From Myxococcota bacterium (GTDB lineage Bacteria; Myxococcota_A; UBA9160; UBA4427), in assembly GCA_036336835.1 (NCBI GenBank), contig JAYZFK010000062.1, forward strand, positions 160,001-224,000: a DNA stretch of 64,000 nt, written 5' to 3'. Of the stretch, positions 12,712-25,047 are shown in pieces (the stretch's first letter is position 1; every line of letters starts with the position of its first letter). The notes beneath the pieces are model-generated. The model was not told where the DNA came from. It saw only the letters and a list, made by a program, of their open reading frames with translations, and did not search any database. A program made the translations under genes and the position numbers.

Positions 12712-13599
12712 ATGTTGCGCCCGCACTACCCGACCCCGCTTGGCGCGCTCGTGCTCGTACTGGCAGCCTGGCTGGTGACCTTCTTCGGCGTCACGCTGCA
12801 GTTCGATCCGAACGAGACGCAGCAGACGATCGATCCGGGATTCGCCGGCATCGCCCAGGCTGTCGGCTTCGGCCTCATCGCCACGGTTGCGGCACGGCGC
12901 ATCCCTGCGCCGCAGGTCCAGCGCATTGGATTGACGCCGCTCGCGCTGCGCTACCTGCCGCTGGTCTTGATGGGCGTGCCGCTCGGGATCGTCGCCAGCG
13001 AGCTCGACAACTGGCTCTCGATCCCATTCCCGGGCACCGACCCCGAGGCGATCGAACGCGCGCTCGAGCAGGCGCGAGAGCTCACGCCGCTCGCCGTCAC
13101 CCAGGCGGCGATCTTCCGGGTCGGCATCGAGCCCGTCGTCACTGAGTTCCTGTTCCGCGGCGTGATTCAGCAGGGGATAATCGCGTACCTCGGCCGCTTC
13201 ACCGGTGTGCTGATCACGGCGACGCTGTCGGTCGATCTAGCGGCAGCGCTCGCAACCGGTGGCAGCGCGGTGTCCGGCCTCGTGTTGTCGCTGCTGCTCG
13301 GATTGACTCTCGGCTATTTGCGGCTCGGAACCGGCTCACTGCTGGCGCCGATCCTGGTGCGCGCCACCTGGAACGGCATGGGCCTGTTCGGCGTGGTCTA
13401 CGCGGAACAGTTCCCGATTCCCGGCTTCAACACCTTTGGCGGCGAGCACACGCATCCGGTCCTACTCGCGGCCTGTGCGGCCTGCGTCGCCTGGGCTGCC
13501 ATCGAGCTGAGGCGCGCGTTGCGCGAGCAGCCCGCGGTACTCCCGATCGAGGAAGAGCCCGAGCCGGAAGAGGACGATGAGGGTGAGGGCTTCTTCTAA
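12712..13599 (+). CDS. CPBP (Abi/CAAX protease) family membrane protein with degenerate catalytic motifs
   Basis: Multiple TM segments, PVVTEFLFRGVI, TGSLLAPILVRATWN; acidic C-terminal tail. Confidence 0.75.
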   Translation: MLRPHYPTPLGALVLVLAAWLVTFFGVTLQFDPNETQQTIDPGFAGIAQAVGFGLIATVAARRIPAPQVQRIGLTPLALRYLPLVLMGVPLGIVASELDNWLSIPFPGTDPEAIERALEQARELTPLAVTQAAIFRVGIEPVVTEFLFRGVIQQGIIAYLGRFTGVLITATLSVDLAAALATGGSAVSGLVLSLLLGLTLGYLRLGTGSLLAPILVRATWNGMGLFGVVYAEQFPIPGFNTFGGEHTHPVLLAACAACVAWAAIELRRALREQPAVLPIEEEPEPEEDDEGEGFF

Positions 13600-13625
13600 T
13601 CGAACGCGCGGGCTCGAAGTGCGCT

Positions 13626-14252
13626 GTGCTTGACGCGGCCGGGTTTCCCCAGAGCTTCTTCGACCGACAGGACGAGAGCGACGACGCCGGATTCTATCGG
13701 ATGCCGCGGCTCGTCGCGCACATCGACCCCGACACGATCGCAGCACTGACGAGCGCCTACCGCGCGCTGCTCCCTGCCGGAGGCTGTCTGCTCGACTTGA
13801 TGTCGTCGTGGATCTCGCACCTGCCGCAAGACGTATCGTACGAGCGCGTGGCGGGCCTCGGGATGAACGCGCAGGAGCTCGAGCGCAACCCGCGCCTGGA
13901 CGAGTTCGTCGTCCACGATCTGAACCGCGAGCCCGAGCTGCCGTATCCCGATGCGAGTTTCGATGCAGTCGTCAACGCTGTGTCAATCCAGTATCTGACG
14001 CGTCCGGTGGAGGTGTTCGGCTCTATCGCGCGCGTGCTGCGGCCGGGCGGCCTGCACCTGGTCGCGATGTCGCACCGCTGCTTTCCCACCAAGGCGATCC
14101 GGGCATTCCACTACCTCGACGGCGCTGGGCGCGCCGACATCGTGCGGCGCTACTTCGAGCAGGCCGGCGGCTACGAGCCGACAGAACGACTCGAGCGCTC
14201 CCCGGCGGCGGCCGACCCGCTGTGGATCGTCATGGCGAAGCGGGCAAGCTGA
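13626..14252 (+). CDS. Class I SAM-dependent methyltransferase (type 11-like)
   Basis: FDRQDESDDAGFYRMPRLVAHID, LDLMSSWISHLP, SFDAV, RVLRPGG, RCFPTKA. Confidence 0.85.
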   Translation: MLDAAGFPQSFFDRQDESDDAGFYRMPRLVAHIDPDTIAALTSAYRALLPAGGCLLDLMSSWISHLPQDVSYERVAGLGMNAQELERNPRLDEFVVHDLNREPELPYPDASFDAVVNAVSIQYLTRPVEVFGSIARVLRPGGLHLVAMSHRCFPTKAIRAFHYLDGAGRADIVRRYFEQAGGYEPTERLERSPAAADPLWIVMAKRAS

Positions 14253-14864
14253 TCACGCGAGCCGCCCGGCGTCGTCCAGGGCAGCGCGCACCCGCGCCGC
14301 CACCGCGTCCTCGCTGCCAATGGCGTCGATCCGCCTGACCGGGGAACGCTGCTCAGCCAGGGCATCGAAGATCTCACCGACCCGCTCGAGGAAGCCCTCG
14401 CGCTCGAACGCGGGCTCCGGCGTGCCACCGCGGGCGCGAACTCGTTCGATCCCGACCGAAGCCGGCAGCACCAGGAGCAGCGTGCACTCCGGAACCGGGA
14501 ATTCGGCCTCGGCCTGGGCCAGCAGGCGCCACGGGTCGAACCCACGCGCGCCCTGGTAGGCAACGGTCGAGTGGAAGTAGCGATCGCACAGCACGGCACT
14601 GCCCGCGGCGAGCGCCGGCGCGATCAGATCGCGTACGTGCTGGCGGCGATCTTCGACGAACCAGCGCAGCTCTTCGCTCGGCACGACCGTGTCGCCGCTG
14701 CGGGCCATCGCCCGGATGCGTCCGCCCCACTCACCATCGGTGGGCTCGCGCGTACGAACGACCGCCTGACCCTCGCCCTCGAGCTCGACCGCAAGCCGCG
14801 CGCATTGCGTGGACTTGCCACTGCCATCGAGACCCTCGAAGGTGATGAGTCGACCGGACTTCAC
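14253..14864 (-). CDS. tmk: Thymidylate kinase
   Basis: ITFEGLDGSGKSTQ, TREP, CDRYFHSTVAYQG. Confidence 0.96.
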   Translation of the reverse strand: MKSGRLITFEGLDGSGKSTQCARLAVELEGEGQAVVRTREPTDGEWGGRIRAMARSGDTVVPSEELRWFVEDRRQHVRDLIAPALAAGSAVLCDRYFHSTVAYQGARGFDPWRLLAQAEAEFPVPECTLLLVLPASVGIERVRARGGTPEPAFEREGFLERVGEIFDALAEQRSPVRRIDAIGSEDAVAARVRAALDDAGRLA

Positions 14865-14972
14865 GCGAGCCTCGCGAACGGACGGTCACACGGCGAGCCG
14901 CGCCGGCCGACGCGGCGGCGACGCCCCCCCGCGTATCGCGCACTTGCGACGCGACGGACCCGCTGGCGCGCA

Positions 14973-14988
14973 TGGCATGCGGCTTGCT
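14973..14988 (+). promoter_or_regulatory. Sigma54 (-24/-12) promoter
   Basis: TGGCATGCGGCTTGCT matches TGGCAC-N5-TTGC with exact GG/GC spacing; intergenic. Confidence 0.65.
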
Positions 14989-14999
14989 CTGGCCAACCC

Positions 15000-15167
15000 G
15001 TGATGTCGCAAGACATTGCCCGCCACACCCCTAAAACGGGACCGGGGGTCGGTGGGGTCGGAGTCGTTGGGCGGGAGTCGGGGTACGGAGCGGAGTCGTA
15101 ACGGGGTGAACTCTGCTTCGGGCTTCCGCCCAGCGCCTCCCTCGAAGTGATGGCTCGATGGAGGCGC
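15000..15167 (+). ncRNA. Candidate sigma54-dependent structured small RNA
   Basis: Begins about 12 nt after the -12 element. GNRA-capped hairpin 15000-15019, long rod 15065-15135 with G-U pairs that only form on the + strand, terminal hairpin 15133-15167. No credible ORF. Confidence 0.6.
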
Positions 15168-15191
15168 ATGGAGCGGAACGCCGGACGCGGG

Positions 15192-15494
15192 CTAGAACTT
15201 GCCCTGCAAGAGGAACGCGATCACCAGCCCGTAGATTGCGATCGATTCGATCAGCACCATCGCAAGAATGAAGTTGGTGAACATCGCACCCGCAGCACCG
15301 GGGTTGCGCGCGATTCCGGCTGTCGTGTTGCCGGCTGTCAGGCCCTGGCCGATGCCGCAGCCGAGGCCCGCCAGGCCGACAGCGATGCCGGCGCCGATGC
15401 CGGCGCCGAGCCCGCTGCCGTCCTCTGCGAAGGCAACGGCGGGAAGCACCGTCGCGACCAGGGTCCAGAGGGCCAGCTTGGCGAACTTACGCAT
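15192..15494 (-). CDS. atpE: ATP synthase F0 subunit c
   Basis: GxGxGxG helix, ARNP loop, carboxylate in LIESIAIY; signal-peptide-like N-terminal extension. Confidence 0.96.
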   Translation of the reverse strand: MRKFAKLALWTLVATVLPAVAFAEDGSGLGAGIGAGIAVGLAGLGCGIGQGLTAGNTTAGIARNPGAAGAMFTNFILAMVLIESIAIYGLVIAFLLQGKF

Positions 15495-15516
15495 GTCAGA
15501 ACTCCTTCTTGTTTGG

Positions 15517-16224
15517 TCAGTGCGCTTCTTCGAGCGCAGAGCCGATGTAGATCATCGTGAGTAGTGAGAAGACGAAGGCCTGCAGGAACGCGACGAGCGT
15601 GCCCAGAGCCATGAAGATCGCCGGAACGGCGATCGGCACCAGCGTGATCCAGACGGCCACGACCGTGTGGTCGGCGTACATGTTCGCCACTAGACGCACG
15701 GTCAATGTCACGATCCGCGCGACGTGGAGCAGGAGCTCCAGCGGCACGAAGAGCGGCGCGAGCACGCGCACGTGCCAGACTTTCCCGCCAATCGTCGGCT
15801 CCCAGAGCGACGGACCCATGAACTGGTAGATGTACTTCCAGCCGTGGGCGCGAATGCCGACGTAGTTGTAGATGGAGAACGAGATGACCGCCCACGCGCA
15901 CGCTGTCTCGACGAAGCTCGTCGCACCACCGATCCCGGGGATCAGAGACATCAGGTTCGAAACCAGGATGAAGAAGAACATGGCGCAGATCAGACCCAGA
16001 TAATCCCGCGCGCGCTCGCCGATGATCGACTCGGCCATCCCGAGCAGGTATTCGGTCAGCGCCTCGTAGATATTGCGCAGCGTGATGCCCTCGTCCGGCA
16101 GCACGCCTCCCTCCGCCATGCGCTTGCGCGCGACCATCGCCCCGGCGAGCAGGATCGCAGTGGCGAGAATCGTCGCCTGGAACATGGTGGGGACGAGATG
16201 CTCGAAAACTCCGTAGATGCTCAC
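15517..16224 (-). CDS. atpB: ATP synthase F0 subunit a
   Basis: FFILVSNLMSLIPG, VRLVANMYADH, LQAFVFSLLTMIYI. Confidence 0.96.
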   Translation of the reverse strand: MSIYGVFEHLVPTMFQATILATAILLAGAMVARKRMAEGGVLPDEGITLRNIYEALTEYLLGMAESIIGERARDYLGLICAMFFFILVSNLMSLIPGIGGATSFVETACAWAVISFSIYNYVGIRAHGWKYIYQFMGPSLWEPTIGGKVWHVRVLAPLFVPLELLLHVARIVTLTVRLVANMYADHTVVAVWITLVPIAVPAIFMALGTLVAFLQAFVFSLLTMIYIGSALEEAH

Positions 16225-16745
16225 GGGTTCCCTTCCGAGTGACCCGTCGGCTCCGTTGCGGCGTCTTCACTCCGCGGGTCGACGTCTTCCGGTGGAAGCT
16301 CCTTTGCCCGCCACACGCTCCAGCGATCCCAGCTCGGATCGTCGGCCGCGAGGGCCGGGGCGGCAGCCTGCACCATGACCGCCGGGCGATTGCGCCAGGC
16401 CCAGAAGACGACGGCCGGCATCGAGAGCGAGACGCCCACGAGCAGGCCCAGCGGGTCGGCGCCGAACTCGAGCGCGGCAATGATCGCGATCATGAGCAGG
16501 CCGAAGCGAACGCCGAAGCCGCCGAGCCAGCCGCCAGCGCCTCCAGCCCAGCCGCCGGCGAAGAACCGGCGTGCCGTTCGGACCTGCACGCGCAGATTCA
16601 TCGTTTCGAGCGCAGCACCCACTGCCAGGCCCGTGGCAAAGTGCGGCGAGGCGAACACATAGGCCGCTCCGACGGAGCCGGCAGACAGCGCGAGACTCAC
16701 GCGCTCGATGGGATCGAGCTTCAGCAAATCAGTCTTCCCGCCCAT
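16221..16745 (-). CDS. atpI: ATP synthase subunit I-like membrane protein
   Basis: Four hydrophobic segments; directly upstream of and overlapping atpB. Confidence 0.6.
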   Translation of the reverse strand: MGGKTDLLKLDPIERVSLALSAGSVGAAYVFASPHFATGLAVGAALETMNLRVQVRTARRFFAGGWAGGAGGWLGGFGVRFGLLMIAIIAALEFGADPLGLLVGVSLSMPAVVFWAWRNRPAVMVQAAAPALAADDPSWDRWSVWRAKELPPEDVDPRSEDAATEPTGHSEGNP

Positions 16746-16953
16746 TCCCCTGCTCGTCCGATGGTTCGCTGATGCCGAGCTGGCGACCGAGCCGAAGCAG
16801 TCTGAGCACCATCGCCGAGAAGCCGATGACCGCTCCGGCGATCAGGCCGATCGGCGAGCTGCCAAAGTAGGTGTCCGCCCAGTAGCCGAGACACACCGCC
16901 GCGATGATGGCCGCTACCGCCTCGAAAGCCCCCTCGTAGGCCCGGGTCTGCAT
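16729..16953 (-). CDS. AtpZ/AtpI family (ATPase gene 1) small membrane protein
   Basis: GYWADTYFGSSP..LIAGAVIG motif; start uncertain (up to 17031). Confidence 0.75.
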   Translation of the reverse strand: MQTRAYEGAFEAVAAIIAAVCLGYWADTYFGSSPIGLIAGAVIGFSAMVLRLLRLGRQLGISEPSDEQGNGRED

Positions 16954-17076
16954 TCGCCGCTCGCCACTGGGCGCACTCGGAGGCTTCGGCAAACGCGGGC
17001 CGCGCGGACTCGACACGGGAGCCCTCCTCACGGCTCGAGGGCGCCTGGTGCAGGCTAGCCAAGCGATCTGAGCCGC

Positions 17077-18372
17077 TCAACGGGCTGCAACCACGCGCTG
17101 CAGTGCTTCGCCCGCGGCTTGGACGGTCTTTTGCACGTCGCGTTTCGTGTGCGCCAGCGACAGGAAGCCGGCCTCGAAAGGGGACGGGGCGAGGTAGACC
17201 CCTCGCTCGAGCATCGCCGCGAAGAAGCGCTTGAAGGCCTTGGCGTCGGCCCCCTTTGCCTGCGTGAAGTTGCGCGGCAGCGCGTCGCGGAAGTGGAACC
17301 CGAACATGCCCCCAGTGCTCGCCGCGCTGAAGCCAACGCCCGCTTGCTCCGCCGCCTGCTCGAGCCCGCTCACCAGCTCGCCTGCGCGTTGCTCGAGCCG
17401 TTCGTAGACACCGGGCTGCTCGAGCCGCCTGAGCGTCTCGAGCCCCGCCGCCACCGCCAGCGGGTTGCCGGAGAGCGTCCCGGCCTGGTAGACGTCGCCG
17501 ACGGGTGCAATCTGCCGCATCAGCTCCCTGCGCCCCCCGTAGGCCGCTGCCGGGAGCCCGCCACCGATCACCTTGCCGAGCGTCGTGAGATCGGGAGTGA
17601 CGCGGTAGCGCCGCTGAGCGCCGCCGCGCGCCACGCGAAACCCCGTCATCACCTCGTCGAAGATCAAGAGGGCACCGTAGCGGTCACACGCGAGCCGCAG
17701 ACCCGGGAGGAAGCCGGGGCCCGGTGCGACGAAACCCATGTTGCCCGCCACCGGCTCGACGATGACGCAGGCGATGTCATCGCCCCAGCGTTCGAAGGCG
17801 GACCGCACGGCATCGAGGTCGTTGAAAGGCGCCTGGATCGTCAACTTCGTCATCGCCTTGGGAACGCCCGGCGAGCCCGGGATGCCGAGCGTCGCGACGC
17901 CGCTGCCTGCGCCCACCAGCAGGCCATCGGAGTGGCCGTGGTAGCAGCCTTCGAATTTGAGCACGCGCGACCGACCCGTGACACCGCGCGCCAGCCGGAT
18001 CGCACTCATCGTGGCCTCGGTTCCCGAGCTCACCATCCGCAGCATCTGAACGGAGGGCAGCACGCGACGTACCGCCTCGGCGAGCTCGATCTCGCGTTCC
18101 GTCGGGGCGCCAAAGCTGGTCCCCTGCCGCGCGGCCTCTCGCACCGCCCGCAAAACGCCGCGGTCGGCGTGGCCGAGGATCAGCGGTCCCCACGACCCGA
18201 CGTAGTCGACGTACTCGTTGCCGTCCGCGTCGTAGAGCCTGCTGCCCTTGCCTCGTTCGATGAACAGCGGCGACTGTCCAACCGCGCCGAACGCCCGAAC
18301 GGGGCTGTTTACACCTCCGGGGATCACCCGCTTCGCCCGGCGAAACAACTGCTTGGATCTCGAACGGTTCAT
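17077..18372 (-). CDS. hemL: Glutamate-1-semialdehyde 2,1-aminomutase
   Basis: IPGGVNSPVRAF, SSGTEATMSAIRLARG, FEGCYHGH, DEVMTGFR, GKVIGGG, GTLSGNP. Confidence 0.97.
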   Translation of the reverse strand: MNRSRSKQLFRRAKRVIPGGVNSPVRAFGAVGQSPLFIERGKGSRLYDADGNEYVDYVGSWGPLILGHADRGVLRAVREAARQGTSFGAPTEREIELAEAVRRVLPSVQMLRMVSSGTEATMSAIRLARGVTGRSRVLKFEGCYHGHSDGLLVGAGSGVATLGIPGSPGVPKAMTKLTIQAPFNDLDAVRSAFERWGDDIACVIVEPVAGNMGFVAPGPGFLPGLRLACDRYGALLIFDEVMTGFRVARGGAQRRYRVTPDLTTLGKVIGGGLPAAAYGGRRELMRQIAPVGDVYQAGTLSGNPLAVAAGLETLRRLEQPGVYERLEQRAGELVSGLEQAAEQAGVGFSAASTGGMFGFHFRDALPRNFTQAKGADAKAFKRFFAAMLERGVYLAPSPFEAGFLSLAHTKRDVQKTVQAAGEALQRVVAAR

Positions 18373-18391
18373 CTGTTTCTTCGAGCGGCCT

Positions 18392-20944
18392 CTAGGCGCT
18401 CCCACTCGCGCCGTCTCCTTCCGAGAGATCACCCTCAGCGAGGCGGGCGATCGCCACCAGGGTCTCGTCAGCGGCGAGGTCCATGACGCGAACGCCCTGC
18501 GTGGCCCGGCCCATGGTCGAGATCCCCGAGACGGGACAACGCAGGACCTTGCCGGCGTTCGTGATCAGCATCAGCTCGTCATCGACGACGACCTGCGCCA
18601 CACCGATGACCGGGCCATTGCGCTGGCTCGTCCGGATCGTGATGATGCCCTGGCCACCTCGCCGCTGGACACGGTAGGCCTCGAGGGGTGTGCGCTTGCC
18701 GTAGCCGCGCTCGGTCACGGTCAGAATCGTGGCGCCCGGCGACAGGATCTCCATGCCGACGACTTCGTCGCTCGCTGCCAGTGCCATGCCGCGCACGCCC
18801 GCCGCCGTGCGACCCATCGCACGCACGTCGCTCTCCGCAAAGCGGATCGACTTGCCGCCCCGCGAGGCGATGATCACCTCGTTGCCCGCACGCGTACGCC
18901 CGGCCGAGATCAGCTCGTCATCGCCCGCCAGATTGATCGCAATGATCCCGCCGCGGCGCGGATTCGCGTAGGCACTGAGCTTCGTCTTCTTGATCACGCC
19001 CTTGCGCGTCAACAGCAGGACGTTATCACCCCCGACGCCCTCGAAGCCGCGCACGGCAAGCATGGTCTGGACGCGCTCCTCGGCCTGTAGCTGCAGCACG
19101 TTCACCAGCGCCTTGCCCTTGGCCGCGCGCCCCAGCTGTGGCAGCTCGTGCACCTTGAGCCAGTGCACGCGCCCGCGGTTGGTAAAGAACAGCAGGTAGG
19201 CATGCGTACTGGCGACGAACAGGTGACGCACGAAGTCCGCATCACGCGTCTGCATGCCCTTGGCGCCCTTGCCACCGCGCCGCTGGGCGCGGTATTGCGT
19301 GAGCGGATTGCGCTTGATGTAACCGAGGTGCGACAGGGTCACGACCATGTCTTCCTCGACGATCAGGTCCTCGGTCGAGAAACTCTCGACCGCACTCCCG
19401 ATCTCGGTGCGCCGCTCGTCGCCGTACTGCTCGGCGATCTCTTCGATCTCCTCGATCACGACGCCGAGCACGCGCTCATCGCTGCTGAGCAGCCCTCGCA
19501 GCTCTTCGATCTTTTCGCGCAGCTCGGCGAGGTCGTCGAGCACGCGCTGGCGCTCCATCCCGGTCAGGGCTCGCAAGCGCATGTCCAGGATCGCCTGTGC
19601 CTGGCGATCGCTGAGCTCGAAACGCTCTATCAGCTGCGTGCGTGCCGAGGCAGTGTCCTCGGCGGCACGGATGAGCGCGATCACCTCATCGAGGTGGCCG
19701 AGCGCAATCTCGAAGCCTTCGAGGATGTGTGCGCGTGCCTCGGCCTGCGCCAGATCGAAAGTGGCGCGCCGGATCACGACCTCGCGGCGGAAGTCGAGGA
19801 AGTGCCGAAGGCACTGCTTGATCGAAAGCACCTCGGGTCGGCCGTTGACCAGAGCCAACAGGTTCACACCAAAGGTCGACTGCAGTGGCGTCAGCTTGTA
19901 GAGCTGGTTGAGCACGACTTCGTCGGCGGCGTCCTTGCGCAGCTCGACCACGATGCGCATGCCCTGACGATTGCTCTCGTCGCGCAGGTCGGTGACGCCG
20001 TCGATCCGGCCCTCGCGGACGAGATCGGCCATACGCTCGAGCATCGCCGACTTGTTCACCTGGTACGGAATCTCACTGATCACGATACGCGGCCCCTTGC
20101 GGCCGTCCTCGATTCCGGCACGGCCGCGCAGGGTCAGGTGACCCTTCCCTGTCGCGAAGTAGCTGCGGATCGGATCGGTGCCGCACAGCATCGCACCGGT
20201 TGGGAAATCCGGCCCCGGCATCACCGCCAGGATGTCGTCCACCGTGCAATCGGGGTTGCGCGCCTCGAGCACCAGCGCTTCCGACAGCTCGCCCAGATTG
20301 TGGGGCGGGATGTTGGTCGCCATACCGACTGCGATTCCCGACGATCCGTTCGCGAGCAGGTTCGAGAAGCGGCTCGGCAGCACCATTGGCTCTTCCATCG
20401 AGCCATCGAAGTTCGGCGCGAACTCGACCGTCTGACGGTCGATGTCGCGCAGCATCTCCTCGGCCAGGCGGTTGAGCCGCGCCTCGGTGTAGCGGTAGGC
20501 GGCCGCGGAATCACCGTCGATCGAGCCGAAGTTGCCCTGTCCGTCGACCAGCGGATATCGGAGCGAGAAGTCCTGTGCCATGCGGACCATGGCGTCGTAG
20601 ACCGCCGAATCGCCGTGCGGGTGATAGTGCTTGAGCACCTCGCCTACCACACCGGCGCTCTTGCTGTAGGGGCGGTTGCTGAGCAGCCCCTCCTGGTTCA
20701 TCGCGTAGAGGATGCGGCGGTGGACCGGCTTCAGACCATCGCGCACGTCGGGCAGGGCGCGAGAGATGATGACACTCATCGAGTACGCGAGGAACGAGGT
20801 GCGAACCTCGTCCTCGATCGCGACCGGCTGGCTTCCCGCGCCGTGATCGCCCCCGCCGGCGTCGCCATCGCCCGGCGGGCTGGGCGGGTTGGTGTCCCCG
20901 CCCTTGGGCAGATCTCCTTGCGGTTGTTCCGGCTCGTCGGCCAT
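18392..20944 (-). CDS. gyrA: DNA gyrase subunit A
   Basis: [21 protein letters not shown] catalytic Tyr, GyrA box QRRGGKG. Confidence 0.98.
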   Translation of the reverse strand: MADEPEQPQGDLPKGGDTNPPSPPGDGDAGGGDHGAGSQPVAIEDEVRTSFLAYSMSVIISRALPDVRDGLKPVHRRILYAMNQEGLLSNRPYSKSAGVVGEVLKHYHPHGDSAVYDAMVRMAQDFSLRYPLVDGQGNFGSIDGDSAAAYRYTEARLNRLAEEMLRDIDRQTVEFAPNFDGSMEEPMVLPSRFSNLLANGSSGIAVGMATNIPPHNLGELSEALVLEARNPDCTVDDILAVMPGPDFPTGAMLCGTDPIRSYFATGKGHLTLRGRAGIEDGRKGPRIVISEIPYQVNKSAMLERMADLVREGRIDGVTDLRDESNRQGMRIVVELRKDAADEVVLNQLYKLTPLQSTFGVNLLALVNGRPEVLSIKQCLRHFLDFRREVVIRRATFDLAQAEARAHILEGFEIALGHLDEVIALIRAAEDTASARTQLIERFELSDRQAQAILDMRLRALTGMERQRVLDDLAELREKIEELRGLLSSDERVLGVVIEEIEEIAEQYGDERRTEIGSAVESFSTEDLIVEEDMVVTLSHLGYIKRNPLTQYRAQRRGGKGAKGMQTRDADFVRHLFVASTHAYLLFFTNRGRVHWLKVHELPQLGRAAKGKALVNVLQLQAEERVQTMLAVRGFEGVGGDNVLLLTRKGVIKKTKLSAYANPRRGGIIAINLAGDDELISAGRTRAGNEVIIASRGGKSIRFAESDVRAMGRTAAGVRGMALAASDEVVGMEILSPGATILTVTERGYGKRTPLEAYRVQRRGGQGIITIRTSQRNGPVIGVAQVVVDDELMLITNAGKVLRCPVSGISTMGRATQGVRVMDLAADETLVAIARLAEGDLSEGDGASGSA

Positions 20945-20957
20945 GACGTCTCTCGCG

Positions 20958-23504
<2,547 letters not shown>

Positions 23505-23663
23505 CTATGAGACGACGTTCCGACGCGTCGAACGCGTCGATGAGAGGGAGGGCCGCGTGAGAGTAGTGAAGGGGTAAGTGTGCGTAAAGGTTCCGAGTTC
23601 GCGTTTTTCGCCTGGTATCGGGTCGGCTTCCCCGGCGCGCTCACGAGAAACTCTCGAGATTCC

Positions 23664-24788
23664 TCAGATGCGCATCGGCATGACCACGGCGAGCGTCTCC
23701 TGATCATCGGCCGGGACGACTTCCGCGGGGGATAGATCGTCCTGAAAACCGAGGATGACCTCTTTTGCCCGCAACGCTCCAAGCGCGTCCAGCAGGTAGC
23801 GAGCGTTGAAGCCGATCGCGAGCGACTCACCCTCGTAGTCGATATCGAGTTCCTCCGTGGCTTCACCCAGGTCGGGATTGCTCGAAGAAATAGTCAGCTT
23901 GTTGTCGCCGAGCTCGAACTTGACGGCACGACTTCGCTCGGAGGACAGCAGGGCAACACGTCGCAGTGCATGACTGAGCATATCTGTAGGGATCGTAACC
24001 CGGCGGGAAATCTGCTTTGGAACGACCTGTGAGTAGTTGGGAAACTCGCCCTCGATGAGGCGCATGATCAGGGTGACTGTACCCTTGCGCGCCAAGCCGT
24101 TGTTGCCCTCGAAGGCGAGCTCAACCTCGTCGGCGTCGTCTTCGTCGACGAGTCTCTTCAGCTCCGCCAGGCCCTTTCGCGGAATGATCACACCGCTCGC
24201 CAATCCACTGGGGTCGCTCGCAAGTGTCCGGTCGATCCGTGCCAGTCGATGGCCATCGGTGGCAACCATTCGAATCTTGCCGCTGTCCGCCAAAACCTCG
24301 AGATGTACACCATTCAGGTTGTAGCGGGTCTCATCTACGGACGAGGCATACATCGTGCATTCGATCATAGTCGAGAGCAATGCAGCTTGAACGGGTACGG
24401 TCCGTTCGGGCGTAAAGGCGGGAAGGGTCGGATACTCCTCTGCTGCAGTCCCAGCAAGTGTGAAATTCACGCGCGCACAATGAATTGCTAGAAACGAGTT
24501 CTTTGTTGCCTCGAGCTCAACCTCCTCGTCCGGGAGCTCGCGTACGATCTCGTAGAGCTTCTTTGCCGACACCGTGAGATCTCCGGTCTTCGTAATCTCG
24601 ACCGGATGACTACTTTGAATGCCCACTTCGAGATCTGTCGCAGCTAGTCGGAGCGAGCCATTCGAGCCCTTGCCAGTGGCTTCGAGCAACACGTTGGCAA
24701 GGATTGGCATCGAGTTGCGCTTCTCGACGATCGCCTGGATGCGTGCCAGGCCTTGCTGCAACTCGCCTTTCGAAATGGAAAGCTTCAT
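23664..24788 (-). CDS. dnaN: DNA polymerase III beta sliding clamp
   Basis: PILANVL, ATDLE, ATDGHRL, LIEGEFPNY, GFNARYL, VVMPMRI. Confidence 0.98.
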   Translation of the reverse strand: MKLSISKGELQQGLARIQAIVEKRNSMPILANVLLEATGKGSNGSLRLAATDLEVGIQSSHPVEITKTGDLTVSAKKLYEIVRELPDEEVELEATKNSFLAIHCARVNFTLAGTAAEEYPTLPAFTPERTVPVQAALLSTMIECTMYASSVDETRYNLNGVHLEVLADSGKIRMVATDGHRLARIDRTLASDPSGLASGVIIPRKGLAELKRLVDEDDADEVELAFEGNNGLARKGTVTLIMRLIEGEFPNYSQVVPKQISRRVTIPTDMLSHALRRVALLSSERSRAVKFELGDNKLTISSSNPDLGEATEELDIDYEGESLAIGFNARYLLDALGALRAKEVILGFQDDLSPAEVVPADDQETLAVVMPMRI

Positions 24789-25047
24789 ACCACGATTCCC
24801 ATGTGCTTCTCCTCTTCTCGTTCCTATTTTAAGAAAGAGAGAGCGAAGTAGCAGATAGCGTCCGTATCCGACGAAACCGACCGATAACGTTGAAAGACAA
24901 GCGGTTTCTCGGATCGCGGATCAGTACGTCCTACGTAGCGGAGGCTGGCGAAACGTCGATCCTGTCGATCGCCCCCCTGATCGCGAGCTCCACAAGATAG
25001 GAGCTTACCACGCCAGAGACATCAGGGATCGAACGAGAGGGATCGAC
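24789..25047. other. Possible oriC or oriC remnant upstream of dnaN
   Basis: Short AT-rich tract (24821-24840), trio-like AAGTAGCAG (24846-24854), only degenerate DnaA-box-like 9-mers; canonical position. Confidence 0.35.

Noticed and set aside
14861..15169. 102-aa minus-strand ORF in the tmk-atpE gap
   Set aside because: Low-complexity Pro/Arg sequence with atypical codons; RNA structure explains the region better
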